Origin: Minisyncoccia bacterium
Lineage (GTDB): Bacteria; Patescibacteriota; Minisyncoccia; Phycocordibacterales; PALSA-1337
Direction of reading: 5' to 3'
DNA: 64,000 nucleotides
Assembly: GCA_044228445.1 (NCBI GenBank)
Contig: JBGAUV010000001.1
Location: 79,827 to 143,826, forward strand
Below are positions 45,632 to 55,848 of the stretch, piece after piece. Under the pieces are notes generated by a model. The model did no database searches. It was not told where the DNA came from and worked only from the letters and a program-made list of their open reading frames with translations. The first letter of the stretch is position 1; the number at the start of each line of letters is the position of its first letter. The position numbers and the translations under genes were made by a program.

Positions 45632-46162
45632 ATGGATAATAATAAAATACCTAGAATAGTAAATGTTAATGATAGTATGCAAAAAAACTATCAATATGAA
45701 ATAACAGAGCCTGAAGGTAAAAACTTTGATCCTGAATTTAAACCAGATCTTACTCCAAAAGAAATGCTTGAACTAGGTGTTTTTGGAGGTAGATATATGC
45801 GTGATTGCAAAGATGAATTTCCAAGTTCTTGGTTTGAAAATGCAAAGCTATTTAAAATAGGGGAAAAGGGTCATGATAAAAATTTAAATTATTTTAAAGA
45901 GGATGCTTCACAACCATTATCAGTATGGAGAGAAAAAGGTTGGATATATAAAGACGATCCTCGTGGCTGGTTTCAATGGTATTGTAGGTATTATATGGGT
46001 AGAAGAATAGAACTAGAGGATAAAAGACAAATAAAAAGATGGAAAGCTATGCGAAGACATATTTATCAATTAAAGGATAATTGTAAAGTAAAAGATGAAT
46101 TGTGCAGACCAAGACAGAGACAAGCTCTATTACATTGGGCTTATGATACAAGAAAGATTTGA
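45632..46162 (+). CDS. Conserved-looking hypothetical protein (176 aa) with W/Y/R-rich C-terminal motif
   Basis: GVFGGRYMRDC...GWFQWYCRYYMGRRIELEDKRQIKRWKAM. It starts 5 nt after the SOUL gene. I could not assign a family. Confidence 0.4.
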   Translation: MDNNKIPRIVNVNDSMQKNYQYEITEPEGKNFDPEFKPDLTPKEMLELGVFGGRYMRDCKDEFPSSWFENAKLFKIGEKGHDKNLNYFKEDASQPLSVWREKGWIYKDDPRGWFQWYCRYYMGRRIELEDKRQIKRWKAMRRHIYQLKDNCKVKDELCRPRQRQALLHWAYDTRKI

Positions 46163-46225
46163 TACTATCAATTAACTTTTAATTTGATATAATCGCACTA
46201 GTTTTATTATTATTTAAATAAATTT

Positions 46226-46681
46226 ATGATCAGTATTACTATAATTATACTTTCTATTATTGGAGCAGTTTTGGCTGCTGTAATTGGTACTATTTGGTAT
46301 TCAAATTCAACACCAATGGGTAAAATCCATATGAGATATCTGGGTTTCGATAAGCTTACTGATGAAGAGAAAAAAGCTAAGATGATAGAAGCAAAACCTA
46401 TGATGTTGAAAATGTATTCAGGTCAGATGATTTTATCACTACTTACATCATTTGCTACTGTATTTATTGTTGCAAATAGTTTGAAAAATGGTCTTTCACT
46501 TGGTATGGCTCTAGGTTTTATAACTTTAAACTGGCTATGCTTTATGGTTCCAATTATTGGATCTGGAATAATATGGAGTAATTGTGACAGAGCTATTGTT
46601 TGGAAGAAATTCTTTTCAGATATTTTTTCAAATCTTGTAACACTACTAATAATAGGTGTATTAGCAAGCTTTTTTGTTTAA
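46226..46681 (+). CDS. Small 4-TM membrane protein (DUF1761-like)
   Basis: 151 aa with hydrophobic helices and a WYSNS motif. The family call is tentative. Confidence 0.4.
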   Translation: MISITIIILSIIGAVLAAVIGTIWYSNSTPMGKIHMRYLGFDKLTDEEKKAKMIEAKPMMLKMYSGQMILSLLTSFATVFIVANSLKNGLSLGMALGFITLNWLCFMVPIIGSGIIWSNCDRAIVWKKFFSDIFSNLVTLLIIGVLASFFV

Positions 46682-46703
46682 GACTTTATAATAGTTAGTT
46701 TTC

Positions 46704-46731
46704 AAAACTGCCGGCTTTTGTCGGCGGTTTT
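46704..46731. terminator. Bidirectional terminator hairpin between convergent genes
   Basis: aaaaCTGCCGgcttttgtCGGCGGtttt has a 6-bp stem with one U-G pair, flanked by A4 and T4. It abuts the stop of the minus-strand flavoprotein gene. Confidence 0.5.
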
Positions 46732-46732
46732 G

Positions 46733-48013
46733 TTATGTTTCCACCGAATCTCCAGCAACAAAACCTGTAGTCCAGCATAACTGTAGGCTATATCCTCCAG
46801 AAGGTCTATCAATATTTAATATATCCCCAACTAAAAAGAGATTGTCATATATTTTTGATTTCATAGTTTTAAAATCAACTTCATTTAAATCAATACCACC
46901 AGAAGTTATAATGGCTTTTTCTACACCAAGCAAACCTGATACTTGTATTTGTATATCTTTTAGTAATTTTACTAAAGATAGTCTCTGTTCTCTTGTAATA
47001 CTATGACACCAAGTATCACCATTTATACCTGATAGATCTGATATAGTTTCAGCAAAACTCGGTTTAAATAATTCAGTCAGAGCATTTTTAAACTTTTTAT
47101 TACTATTTTCTTTGAAAATATTTTGAAGTTTTTCATTTAGCATTCCATAATCAAGACTAGGTAAAACATCTAATGATATAAAAACTTCACCGTATTTTAA
47201 TAATTCACTTATATCACGACTCATATTTAATATACTTAGTCCAGATAAACCAAAATGAGTAAATAATATTTTACCTATATTTGAACCTTGTTTTTCATTA
47301 TTTTGATATAAAGTGATTTTTACATTATCTATAGTTACTCCTTGAATTCTTTTAACCCATTCATCTTTTATTGCTACAGGTACAAGAACTGCATCTTGTT
47401 CTATTACTTTATGTCCAATTTCTTTTAACCAAATAAAGCCATCACCAGTTGAACCAGTCTCTGGACGAGATTTTCCACCTGTAGCTAGTATAAAGTTTTT
47501 ACCATGTATTATATTTTTATTTTTTAATTTAACTCCAATTATTTTATTTTGTTCTTTTATAAAACCTTTTACTTCAGTATTTGAAATTATACTTACATTA
47601 TTCTTTTTTAAATCATTTACCAAAACATCCCAAACAGATTTGGCACTATTTGAGACAGGGAAGACTCTTTGATTTGCTTCTACCTTTGTTGGCATATTTC
47701 TTGAATTAAAAAAATCCAAAGTATTCTTTACACTCCATTTTGAAAAAGCAGAAAATAGATATTTATCACTATCTTTAAACTTACTCAATAACTTTCTATT
47801 ATCTAGTTCAGCATTTGTGACATTACATCTACCTCCACCGGTTATTAGTAATTTTTTACCCAAAATATCATTCTTTTCAATAAGTAAAACTCTACCACCT
47901 CTTTCACTGGCTCTTATGGCAGACATCATACCAGCAGGACCACCACCTATAACTATCACATCCCATATTTCTGGCTGTTTGTTTACTGTTTTATCTAGAT
48001 TTACCTCACTCAT
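46733..48013 (-). CDS. HI0933/BaiN-family FAD-dependent oxidoreductase
   Basis: N-terminal FAD fold is DVIVIGGGPAGMMSAIRASERGGRVLLIEKN, and the family-specific motif is ITGGGRCNVTN. 426 aa. Confidence 0.85.
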   Translation of the reverse strand: MSEVNLDKTVNKQPEIWDVIVIGGGPAGMMSAIRASERGGRVLLIEKNDILGKKLLITGGGRCNVTNAELDNRKLLSKFKDSDKYLFSAFSKWSVKNTLDFFNSRNMPTKVEANQRVFPVSNSAKSVWDVLVNDLKKNNVSIISNTEVKGFIKEQNKIIGVKLKNKNIIHGKNFILATGGKSRPETGSTGDGFIWLKEIGHKVIEQDAVLVPVAIKDEWVKRIQGVTIDNVKITLYQNNEKQGSNIGKILFTHFGLSGLSILNMSRDISELLKYGEVFISLDVLPSLDYGMLNEKLQNIFKENSNKKFKNALTELFKPSFAETISDLSGINGDTWCHSITREQRLSLVKLLKDIQIQVSGLLGVEKAIITSGGIDLNEVDFKTMKSKIYDNLFLVGDILNIDRPSGGYSLQLCWTTGFVAGDSVET

Positions 48014-48078
48014 AGAACTATCCTAGCATAATATTCGAAATAGTAGTCATAAGTCATTTTTAATGGTAACGTGAAGAA

Positions 48079-49539
48079 ATGTCTAAAGATGAAGTAATAA
48101 TAAGGTTTGAAGATGTGAGTTTTGAATACGGGCAAAATAAACCTATACTTGAAGAGGTCAATTTTTCTGTTCGTAAGGGTTCAAAAATCACAATAATGGG
48201 ACAAAATGGTGCTGGAAAAAGTACCATATTCAAACTCATAACTAAAGATCTAAAACCAGAAGAGGGTAGTATACATATTGGTAATGGAATTAGTATTGCA
48301 ATATCAAAACAGGTTATACCTAGAGAATATCTCGATCTTTCTATTAGAGATTTTTTCCAAAAGAGTTTTAAAGATAAAGTCTATGATATTGATCCTAGGA
48401 TTGATGAAGTTTTGGAAGTTGTAAACTTACACGCTCCACACGATAGAATAGTAAGAAGTTTTTCAGGAGGACAACAAGCTAGATTACTTCTTGCTTCAGC
48501 GATAATTCAAAACCCAGATATATTACTTTTAGATGAGCCTACAAATAACCTTGATAAATCAGGCATAGCCCACCTAACTGATTTTATAAAAAACTATAAA
48601 AAAACTTGTTTGGTAATTTCTCATGATGCTGATTTTCTTAATTCATTTACAGATGGAGTTCTATACTTAGATGTATTTACTAGAAAAGTAGAACAATATG
48701 TTGGAAACTATTTTAATTTATTAAAAGAAATATCAGCCAGAATAGAAAAAGAAAATAGAAAGAATGCTCAACTAGCAAAAGAGATACAAGAAAATAAAGA
48801 TAAAGCCAATTTCTTTTCAAATAAAGGAGGACAAATGAGATTGGTGGCAAAAAGGATGAGAGAAAAAGCAGAAGAGCTTGAAGAAGAAAAAGTCGATGTT
48901 AGAAGAGAAGATAAAACAATAAGACCATTTATAATTCCAGTACAAAAAGACTTGGTAGGGGAGATAATAAATATTTCTTCATATAAAATTTCAGATCCAA
49001 AAACACATAAGATAATAAATAGAAAAACAGATAAAAAATTAAATAGAAATAATCATTTATTATTAAAAGGACCGAACGGTATTGGTAAAACAACACTACT
49101 AGAATCAATAGCAACAGGTAGTGCTAGTGGTTCAAAAATAGCCGATGGTATAAAGGTTGGTTACTATAGACAAGATTTTTCTACACTAGATTTTAATGAC
49201 ACTGTATACAATTCTCTATGGAAAGCTATGGAGAAACCAAATGAAGAAGAAATGAGAAGTATAGCTGCAGGTTTCCTTATAACCTCAGAAATTATAAAAA
49301 CAAAAATTGGAGATTTATCAGAAGGGCAAAAAGGTCTAGTTGCTTTTGCTAGATTGGTTCTTGAAAGACCTGGTTTGCTTATACTAGATGAGCCAACAAA
49401 CCATATAAATTTCAGACATTTACCAATTATTGCAGAAGCACTTCATAAATATGAGGGAGCAATGATAATAGTAAGTCACGTACCAGAATTTATAGAAAAG
49501 ATAAGGATAGATGATGTTTTAGATTTGGAGGGGAAATAA
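48079..49539 (+). CDS. ABC-F family ATPase (two tandem ABC domains, no TM domain)
   Basis: Walker A motifs are GQNGAGKSTIFKLI and GPNGIGKTTLLESI. Signatures are FSGGQQARLLLASA and LSEGQKGLVAFARL. There is an inter-domain linker with a coiled coil. 486 aa. Confidence 0.85.
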   Translation: MSKDEVIIRFEDVSFEYGQNKPILEEVNFSVRKGSKITIMGQNGAGKSTIFKLITKDLKPEEGSIHIGNGISIAISKQVIPREYLDLSIRDFFQKSFKDKVYDIDPRIDEVLEVVNLHAPHDRIVRSFSGGQQARLLLASAIIQNPDILLLDEPTNNLDKSGIAHLTDFIKNYKKTCLVISHDADFLNSFTDGVLYLDVFTRKVEQYVGNYFNLLKEISARIEKENRKNAQLAKEIQENKDKANFFSNKGGQMRLVAKRMREKAEELEEEKVDVRREDKTIRPFIIPVQKDLVGEIINISSYKISDPKTHKIINRKTDKKLNRNNHLLLKGPNGIGKTTLLESIATGSASGSKIADGIKVGYYRQDFSTLDFNDTVYNSLWKAMEKPNEEEMRSIAAGFLITSEIIKTKIGDLSEGQKGLVAFARLVLERPGLLILDEPTNHINFRHLPIIAEALHKYEGAMIIVSHVPEFIEKIRIDDVLDLEGK

Positions 49540-49671
49540 GGTTTAAATACTTCATTAAAACTTTAGAATTTTATATATGATCGAAGACCTAAATTATCAA
49601 AATAAATATCAAAGTCAATTTAAAATAATTTTACCCAAACATGACTAAATCTGGTATATTGTATAGACAAA

Positions 49672-51540
49672 ATGTCTGATTTTATAAAGATAATAAAGAA
49701 ATACATAGGCTTAACAGCTATAGTTACTATACTAGGCTTAGCTTCAAATGGCCTTGCTTTATACGTACCAGTACTATCTGCAAAGATAATTGATAATACA
49801 GGAAGTATAAAAAGCCTTTCATATTTTGCTTGGTCAAATAATTTAACTATAGTTTTAGTATTTGCTTTACTATCTTTTATACTCGCTATAATACAGATAT
49901 ATAGTTCGACTTTTTTCTCAGAAAAAGTTGCTTCGGACTTGAGACATAATCTAATAAATAAAATATCAAATCAATCATTTATTTATATATCAAGTCTAAC
50001 TCCAGGAAGACTTATGACTATTCTTACTTCAGATATTGATGCAGTAAAGAATGTAATATCTCAAGGTTTAGTTACACTACTTGGTGCCATCATTACTCTT
50101 TTAGGAAGTGCAGTTCTTTTATTAACTATAAATGTGCGTTTAGCTATTTATACAATACTAGTAATACCATTATTAATTGTAACTATTGGTCTTATATTCG
50201 GTACACTTACAAAGTTATTTAGACAAGGTCAAGAAAATTTAGAAAAAATAAATTCAATTATAAATGAAACCATTATCGGTTCAGGTTTAATTAGAGTTTT
50301 GCATTCAATAACTTCAGAGATAAATAAATTTAGAATAGCCAATACAAAATCTCGTGATATAGGTCTTGGAATTGTAAAAAATATTTCAGCACTCATTCCC
50401 GCTATAAGTCTTTTAGCAAATATTGTTACGATGATCATATTGTATTTTGGTGGAAAACAAGTAATACTCGGCACTCTTTCAATTGGAAGTTTCAGTGCAT
50501 TTCTATCATATTCAGCTATGTTTATTTGGCCACTCTTTGTATTATCTTTTGTAGGTACATCTATATCAAGAGGAGGAGTTTCATTAAAGCGTATTAATGA
50601 AGTTATAAATTCTGAAGTAAAACAAGAACAAGGTAAAAATATATCAAAGATAAAAGGGGATATAGAATTCAAAAATGTAAGTTTAGTATATAAAGATCAA
50701 AATGAAAGTGAAAAAACAGTTTTGAAAGATATTAGTTTTAAAATAAAATCAGGAACAAAAAATGCAATACTAGGTCCAACTGCAGGAGGAAAGACTCAGA
50801 TTTTCTATTTAATTTCAGGTTTGGTTAGCCCAAATAATGGAGAAATACTTATTGATGGGGAACCTATGACTAGCTATAAGACTAGTGAATTACTTTCAAA
50901 TATAGGTCTGGTTTTTCAAGACAGTATAGTTTTCAATACTAGCTTTAGAGACAATATTGCTTTTTCACTTAAGACTACAAATGAATCACTTGATAAGGCA
51001 ATAAATACTGCAGAACTCGATGAATTTGTAAAAACACTACCAAATGGCCTAGATACTATGATTAGTGAAAGAGGAACTAGTTTGTCCGGAGGTCAAAAAC
51101 AAAGATTGATGTTGGCTAGGGCTTTAGCAATAAATCCTACAATACTTTTACTAGATGACTTTACTGCAAGAGTTGATGCAAATACAGAAAAATCTATTTT
51201 AAATAATGTTGCTAATAATTATAAAGATGTAACACTTGTTTCAATTACTCAAAAAGTTGAACCTATAAAAAACTATGACAATATTATAGTTATTATGGAA
51301 GGGGAAGTTGTAGCTCAAGGAAAACATGAAGATCTATTGAAGAATTCTTTTGAATATAGACAAATATACGAATCTCAAATGTCTACAGAAAATATAGAGA
51401 AAGAAATAAAACAAAATGATATAGCACTAGATAAAAAATCAAAGATAAATAAAAAGGTAAATAATAAAGTTACAATGACTAAAACAAAAGGCATAGCCAA
51501 GACTTCTGTAAAAACAAATAAATATGATAAAAAAACTTAG
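49672..51540 (+). CDS. ABC exporter, fused TMD-NBD half-transporter (type I exporter, MsbA/Sav1866-like), subunit 1
   Basis: 6 TM helices, then GPTAGGKTQIFYLISG, LSGGQKQRLMLARAL and LLLDDFTA. 622 aa with a lysine-rich tail. Confidence 0.85.
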   Translation: MSDFIKIIKKYIGLTAIVTILGLASNGLALYVPVLSAKIIDNTGSIKSLSYFAWSNNLTIVLVFALLSFILAIIQIYSSTFFSEKVASDLRHNLINKISNQSFIYISSLTPGRLMTILTSDIDAVKNVISQGLVTLLGAIITLLGSAVLLLTINVRLAIYTILVIPLLIVTIGLIFGTLTKLFRQGQENLEKINSIINETIIGSGLIRVLHSITSEINKFRIANTKSRDIGLGIVKNISALIPAISLLANIVTMIILYFGGKQVILGTLSIGSFSAFLSYSAMFIWPLFVLSFVGTSISRGGVSLKRINEVINSEVKQEQGKNISKIKGDIEFKNVSLVYKDQNESEKTVLKDISFKIKSGTKNAILGPTAGGKTQIFYLISGLVSPNNGEILIDGEPMTSYKTSELLSNIGLVFQDSIVFNTSFRDNIAFSLKTTNESLDKAINTAELDEFVKTLPNGLDTMISERGTSLSGGQKQRLMLARALAINPTILLLDDFTARVDANTEKSILNNVANNYKDVTLVSITQKVEPIKNYDNIIVIMEGEVVAQGKHEDLLKNSFEYRQIYESQMSTENIEKEIKQNDIALDKKSKINKKVNNKVTMTKTKGIAKTSVKTNKYDKKT

Positions 51541-53320
51541 TTATGAATTAAATAAAAATGAAGAAACAAATCCTAAAGGAGGCGTTGTTTCTGTTTGGGT
51601 AAGTTTGAAAGAATTTTCAAAATTTCTTGATGGAGATTTATTAAATTTAATTTATGCTTTTATTTTAATAATAATAAACTCCGCTGCAAATGTTATAACT
51701 CCTTTTATAATTGCTTATGCACTAGATAACTACATAAATAAAGGAGATTTATCTGGTCTAGGTAAGGTGTTGCTATGGTTACTGGTCATGTACATCATTA
51801 CTATAATTGTTGGATATGGACAAGGAATGATGGTTGGTCACATATCACAAAGAACACTTTTTAGACTAAGACAAGCACTTTTTGAAAAATTACAAGATTT
51901 ACCAATAGCATTTTTCAATCAAAATAAAGCAGGGGATTTAATATCTCGTATAAATAACGATACAGATAAATTGAATCAATTCCTTTCAGAAAGCATAGCT
52001 CGTTTTGTGGGAAGCTTTTTTTCAATACTTGGTATAGCAATATTTGTTCTATATATAAATTTCAAACTTGGTTTGGTAATGCTTTCTTCTGTTTTATTTT
52101 TAATTATTATTACGAAACTATTATCCCCTTGGATAGAAAGACAAAATAAGAAAAATCTAATAGCTATTGGTTTATTATCTGCTTCTCTACAAGAAAATAT
52201 AAATAATTTTAGAGTAATAATTGCATATAATAAAAGAGAATATTTCAGATCTCATTTGGAAGAAATGAATAAGACGACATTTAAAACTGCTTTTATTTCT
52301 GATACTGCTAATAGAGTATTTGAACCAATATACGATTTTGCAGGTAGTGTTGCACTTATATTAGTGCTTTCTTTCGGTCTATACTTGGTTTCTGGTGGAA
52401 GTTTAACAATAGGCTTATTGGTAGCTTTTGTAAGCTATACACAAAAGTTTTATGATCCACTACGTATTCTTGCAACAATATTTGGTTCAATACAACTTTC
52501 TGTAGCAGCTTGGTCACGTATAAGAGAAATATTTGCTTTAGAGAATAATATACAAACAAATAAAAAGAATGAAGTTTCAAATATAAAAGATATTGATAAT
52601 AAAATAATATTAAAACTTGATGATGTAAGTTTCAAATATGAAGGAGGAGAAAATGTAATTGAAAATGCTAATTTAAACTTTGAAATAGGGAAGACATATG
52701 CACTAGTTGGACCAACAGGAGGCGGTAAATCAACATTGGCAAGCATAATGTCTCATCTTTATGAACCAAGTAGCGGTAAGGTCTATTTAAATGGAAAACC
52801 TATGTCTTTTTATTCCAATGAAGAAAGAGCAAGTATGGTAACTGTTATACTACAGGATCCAATTCTTTTCTCTGGAACTGTCTTAGATAATATTAAATAT
52901 GGTAATAAAAAAATAGAAAATTTAAATGAAATTGAAATAGAAAATCTTTTAGTAGATAAAGGTTTTAAAGAAGTAGTTGAACGTTTTTCTAAAGGTTTGA
53001 AAACTGAAATAAATCAATCAGGGGGAGGATTGAGTATTGGTCAAAAGCAACTCATATCATTTATGCGAGCGGTATTACGTGAACCGAACTTACTTATACT
53101 TGATGAAGCTACAGCAAATATCGATACTATAACTGAAGTAATTTTGAATAAAACTCTATATAGTTTACCAAAACATACTACAAAAATTATTATTGCTCAT
53201 AGATTAAATACTATAAAAGAAGCTGATGAAATTATGTTTGTAAATGGACACCATGTAAAACCAGCAGGGAGTTTTGAAAACGCTATAAAACTAATAGAAA
53301 ATTCTAAGAGAAATAGTTAA
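51524..53320 (+). CDS. ABC exporter, fused TMD-NBD half-transporter, subunit 2 (likely heterodimer partner)
   Basis: It overlaps the upstream gene by 17 nt. It has 6 TM helices, then GPTGGGKSTLASIMS, LSIGQKQLISFMRAV and LILDEATANID. Confidence 0.85.
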   Translation: MIKKLSYELNKNEETNPKGGVVSVWVSLKEFSKFLDGDLLNLIYAFILIIINSAANVITPFIIAYALDNYINKGDLSGLGKVLLWLLVMYIITIIVGYGQGMMVGHISQRTLFRLRQALFEKLQDLPIAFFNQNKAGDLISRINNDTDKLNQFLSESIARFVGSFFSILGIAIFVLYINFKLGLVMLSSVLFLIIITKLLSPWIERQNKKNLIAIGLLSASLQENINNFRVIIAYNKREYFRSHLEEMNKTTFKTAFISDTANRVFEPIYDFAGSVALILVLSFGLYLVSGGSLTIGLLVAFVSYTQKFYDPLRILATIFGSIQLSVAAWSRIREIFALENNIQTNKKNEVSNIKDIDNKIILKLDDVSFKYEGGENVIENANLNFEIGKTYALVGPTGGGKSTLASIMSHLYEPSSGKVYLNGKPMSFYSNEERASMVTVILQDPILFSGTVLDNIKYGNKKIENLNEIEIENLLVDKGFKEVVERFSKGLKTEINQSGGGLSIGQKQLISFMRAVLREPNLLILDEATANIDTITEVILNKTLYSLPKHTTKIIIAHRLNTIKEADEIMFVNGHHVKPAGSFENAIKLIENSKRNS

Positions 53321-53516
53321 TAAATAAAAAAAGAGGGTACAAGTTTCCTTGTTCCTCTCGTTCCCCCAGATCCGTACACACGACAACGGATCTGAGTGAT
53401 GTCGCAACCACAAGGCTACAACAATAATACTATACACTATATAAGATTTTTGTCAATACTAATCAAGAATTTGAAACAAAAGAGTATTTAATATAAAGTT
53501 GTAACAGGAGGTACAA

Positions 53517-54215
53517 ATGAAATTTCAGCTAGGATCAAAACCCAGAACAACTGAAGAATGGGAACAGTTTTTTGTTGATCGTAGGGCACTATGGAGGAGA
53601 GAAAGAGGCCAACCTCATATAGAGGTTAAGTGCTTTAGTGGTGGAGACCAACAGCATATTGCAACGTATTTTAACTCCCAAGTCCTTATTGGGGATAATA
53701 CTTTACATGAAATTGCAAGAGATATTATTCTTCAACAATACGGTGGACCAAGTTGGGTACCAGTATACAATGCAAATAAACTCATAGGGTCAGAATCCAG
53801 AGGAGTTCCTTTATTTATAAATGCAGTTGCTCAATTTATAACATGTCTGAGGAGTAGTGGGATTAGTGATTTAACCTTTTCACTTGTTAAAAAAAATAAA
53901 AAGACTGGCCAATTTACAACTGTTGGTCAACCAATTAAGCAAGGCGATAAGGTTATTATTTGTGATGATGCGATATTCACAGGTTCTACTTTATCGTTAA
54001 TGATTGATTATGTTCAAGAACAAGGCGGAATTGTTCTTTGTGTTCTGGTAATTTTTAACGGCGCGAAATTTGATGGTATAGGTGGAGTGCCGATTCACTA
54101 TCTTATTAAGCGTCCAGTAATAACTCACAAAAAACAGACTTGCTCAATTTGTATAAATGGATCTAGGGTGATTACCCATCCAAGAGAAAATTGGGATGAG
54201 CTTTTCAGTGAGTAA
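53517..54215 (+). CDS. Orotate-phosphoribosyltransferase-like type I PRTase with C-terminal CxxC extension, paralog A
   Basis: The OPRT-like N-terminus VKCFSGGDQQHIATYFNSQVL parallels FTLKSGRKSPYFFNAGLF. The PRPP-binding motif is KVIICDDAIFTGSTLSLMIDYVQEQGG. The C-terminal motif is CSICINGSRVI. A strong SD AGGAGGT is 5 nt upstream. GC is elevated, about 40%. Confidence 0.65.
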   Translation: MKFQLGSKPRTTEEWEQFFVDRRALWRRERGQPHIEVKCFSGGDQQHIATYFNSQVLIGDNTLHEIARDIILQQYGGPSWVPVYNANKLIGSESRGVPLFINAVAQFITCLRSSGISDLTFSLVKKNKKTGQFTTVGQPIKQGDKVIICDDAIFTGSTLSLMIDYVQEQGGIVLCVLVIFNGAKFDGIGGVPIHYLIKRPVITHKKQTCSICINGSRVITHPRENWDELFSE

Positions 54216-54309
54216 ATTTCCAAAACCACCTTCTTCCGAAGGTGTGTTTTTGTATTTGCGTACAAAATGACACAGTGCTACAATTTTCCCTTAGAAAGGG
54301 GGTGTAATT

Positions 54310-54558
54310 ATGAGTGAAGCTGTTCATTACGGTACTTCAACTCCAAGTACAAAAGGGGATGGAAAGGTCTTGGTTGCATGCCTTATCTGTAACGAACCTT
54401 TGGGAAATATTATTCCTGACCAATTTCCTAAGCATGAATGTGATGTGGATTCGATCTTGTGCGTAAACACAATAGAAATCGCATCTCCATACCCTAATTT
54501 GAATAATGGGGGTCCAGGGTTTGATGGTACATTCAGAAATGGCGACCCCTATGCATAA
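54310..54558 (+). CDS. Hypothetical small Cys-rich protein (82 aa)
   Basis: CLICNEP...HECDVDSILC. A strong SD AAGGGGGTG is upstream. GC is about 42%. Confidence 0.4.
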   Translation: MSEAVHYGTSTPSTKGDGKVLVACLICNEPLGNIIPDQFPKHECDVDSILCVNTIEIASPYPNLNNGGPGFDGTFRNGDPYA

Positions 54559-54629
54559 TGGTCACCAAAAAAACGAAACCGCTGTTGATATTTTTTGACA
54601 GCGTGTTTTTTTATTTAAATAAATTAAAA

Positions 54630-55841
54630 CTATTCATACCTCAAAGCTTCAATAGGATTTAGATTTGAAGCACGTCTAGCAGGGTAATAACCAAAAACAA
54701 TACCAATAAAAGCAGAAACACCGAAAGCAAGGAAAATAGAAGATATGGATATAGAGGTTTGAATAATACCAAGACTTGAAACAATAAGAGCAACACTAAT
54801 ACCAAGTATTACCCCAATAATTCCTCCGATAAATGTCAGAGCAATAGCTTCAGCCAAAAACTGTTGGCTAATATCGCTTTTTCTAGCACCAATAGCTTTT
54901 CTCAAACCAATTTCACGAGTTCTTTCTGTAACAGTAGTAAGCATCATATTCATAATTCCAATTCCACCAACTACAAGAGATATGCTTGCTATAGCAGATA
55001 AAAATAATGTAAAAGCAGTTGTAATAGAAGTTAAAGCACCCAAAATATCAGCTTGAGATATAATTGAAAAATCCGCTTCATCTACTCTATGTTTTTCTAT
55101 AAGTAAGGAAGTTGCTTGAGCTTGTATACCAGGCATATCATCTTTATTTGTAACACTAACTGCAATAGATGAAAGATAGTCAACACCAGTAAGAATTTTT
55201 TGCATAGTAGAAAGTGGAACAAAAACCATATCATCTTGATTTGCAAAACCTGCTCCACCTTTTGCTTCAAGAATTCCTATAACCTTAAACACTACACCAT
55301 TTACTCTAACAGTTTTTCCAAGGGCTTCATCTTCACCAAAAAGATCTTTTGCCACAGTTGGTCCTAAAACAGCGACTTTTGAAAGGCTATTCATTTGATT
55401 TTCATTAAAGAATGAACCATAACCTGTCTTCATATTTCTAATTACATAATAGTCGGGAACTGTACCTATTACAGTTGAATTGGTATTATTTCCTACACCT
55501 GATACTATCTGAAATCTTCTATCTAGTTCGGGAGCAACTAAAGATACGCCCTCGATAGATTTTATAACATCTACATCTTCATTTTTTAGACTTTGTGCAG
55601 CACCTCTACCTGAAGAAACAATGCCTCTTCCGGGTTGTAGAGCTCCTGGATAAATTGTTAAAAGATTTGAACCTAAACCTTCAATGCTGGATTGAATAGA
55701 CGATTGTGCGCCTTGTCCTATTGAAACCATAGCAATAACAGAACCAATTCCAATTATTATTCCAAGCATAGTAAGACCAGATCTTACTTTATTGGATGAT
55801 AGGGCGGTGTATGTTTCGTGTAATATATCAAATGTTGTCAT
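54630..55841 (-). CDS. MacB/FtsX-family ABC transporter permease
   Basis: 403 aa. One N-terminal TM is followed by a large periplasmic-type domain, then three C-terminal TM helices (FtsX fold). It ends ...NLNPIEALRYE. Confidence 0.85.
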   Translation of the reverse strand: MTTFDILHETYTALSSNKVRSGLTMLGIIIGIGSVIAMVSIGQGAQSSIQSSIEGLGSNLLTIYPGALQPGRGIVSSGRGAAQSLKNEDVDVIKSIEGVSLVAPELDRRFQIVSGVGNNTNSTVIGTVPDYYVIRNMKTGYGSFFNENQMNSLSKVAVLGPTVAKDLFGEDEALGKTVRVNGVVFKVIGILEAKGGAGFANQDDMVFVPLSTMQKILTGVDYLSSIAVSVTNKDDMPGIQAQATSLLIEKHRVDEADFSIISQADILGALTSITTAFTLFLSAIASISLVVGGIGIMNMMLTTVTERTREIGLRKAIGARKSDISQQFLAEAIALTFIGGIIGVILGISVALIVSSLGIIQTSISISSIFLAFGVSAFIGIVFGYYPARRASNLNPIEALRYE

Positions 55842-55848
55842 ATTTTTA

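Noticed and set aside
39160-46732. Integrase or recombinase defining the tRNA-Gln-adjacent island as a mobile element
   Set aside because: No tyrosine or serine recombinase motifs and no tRNA 3'-end direct repeat could be found by eye. The island is therefore reported as compositional and contextual inference only, not as a mobile_element feature.
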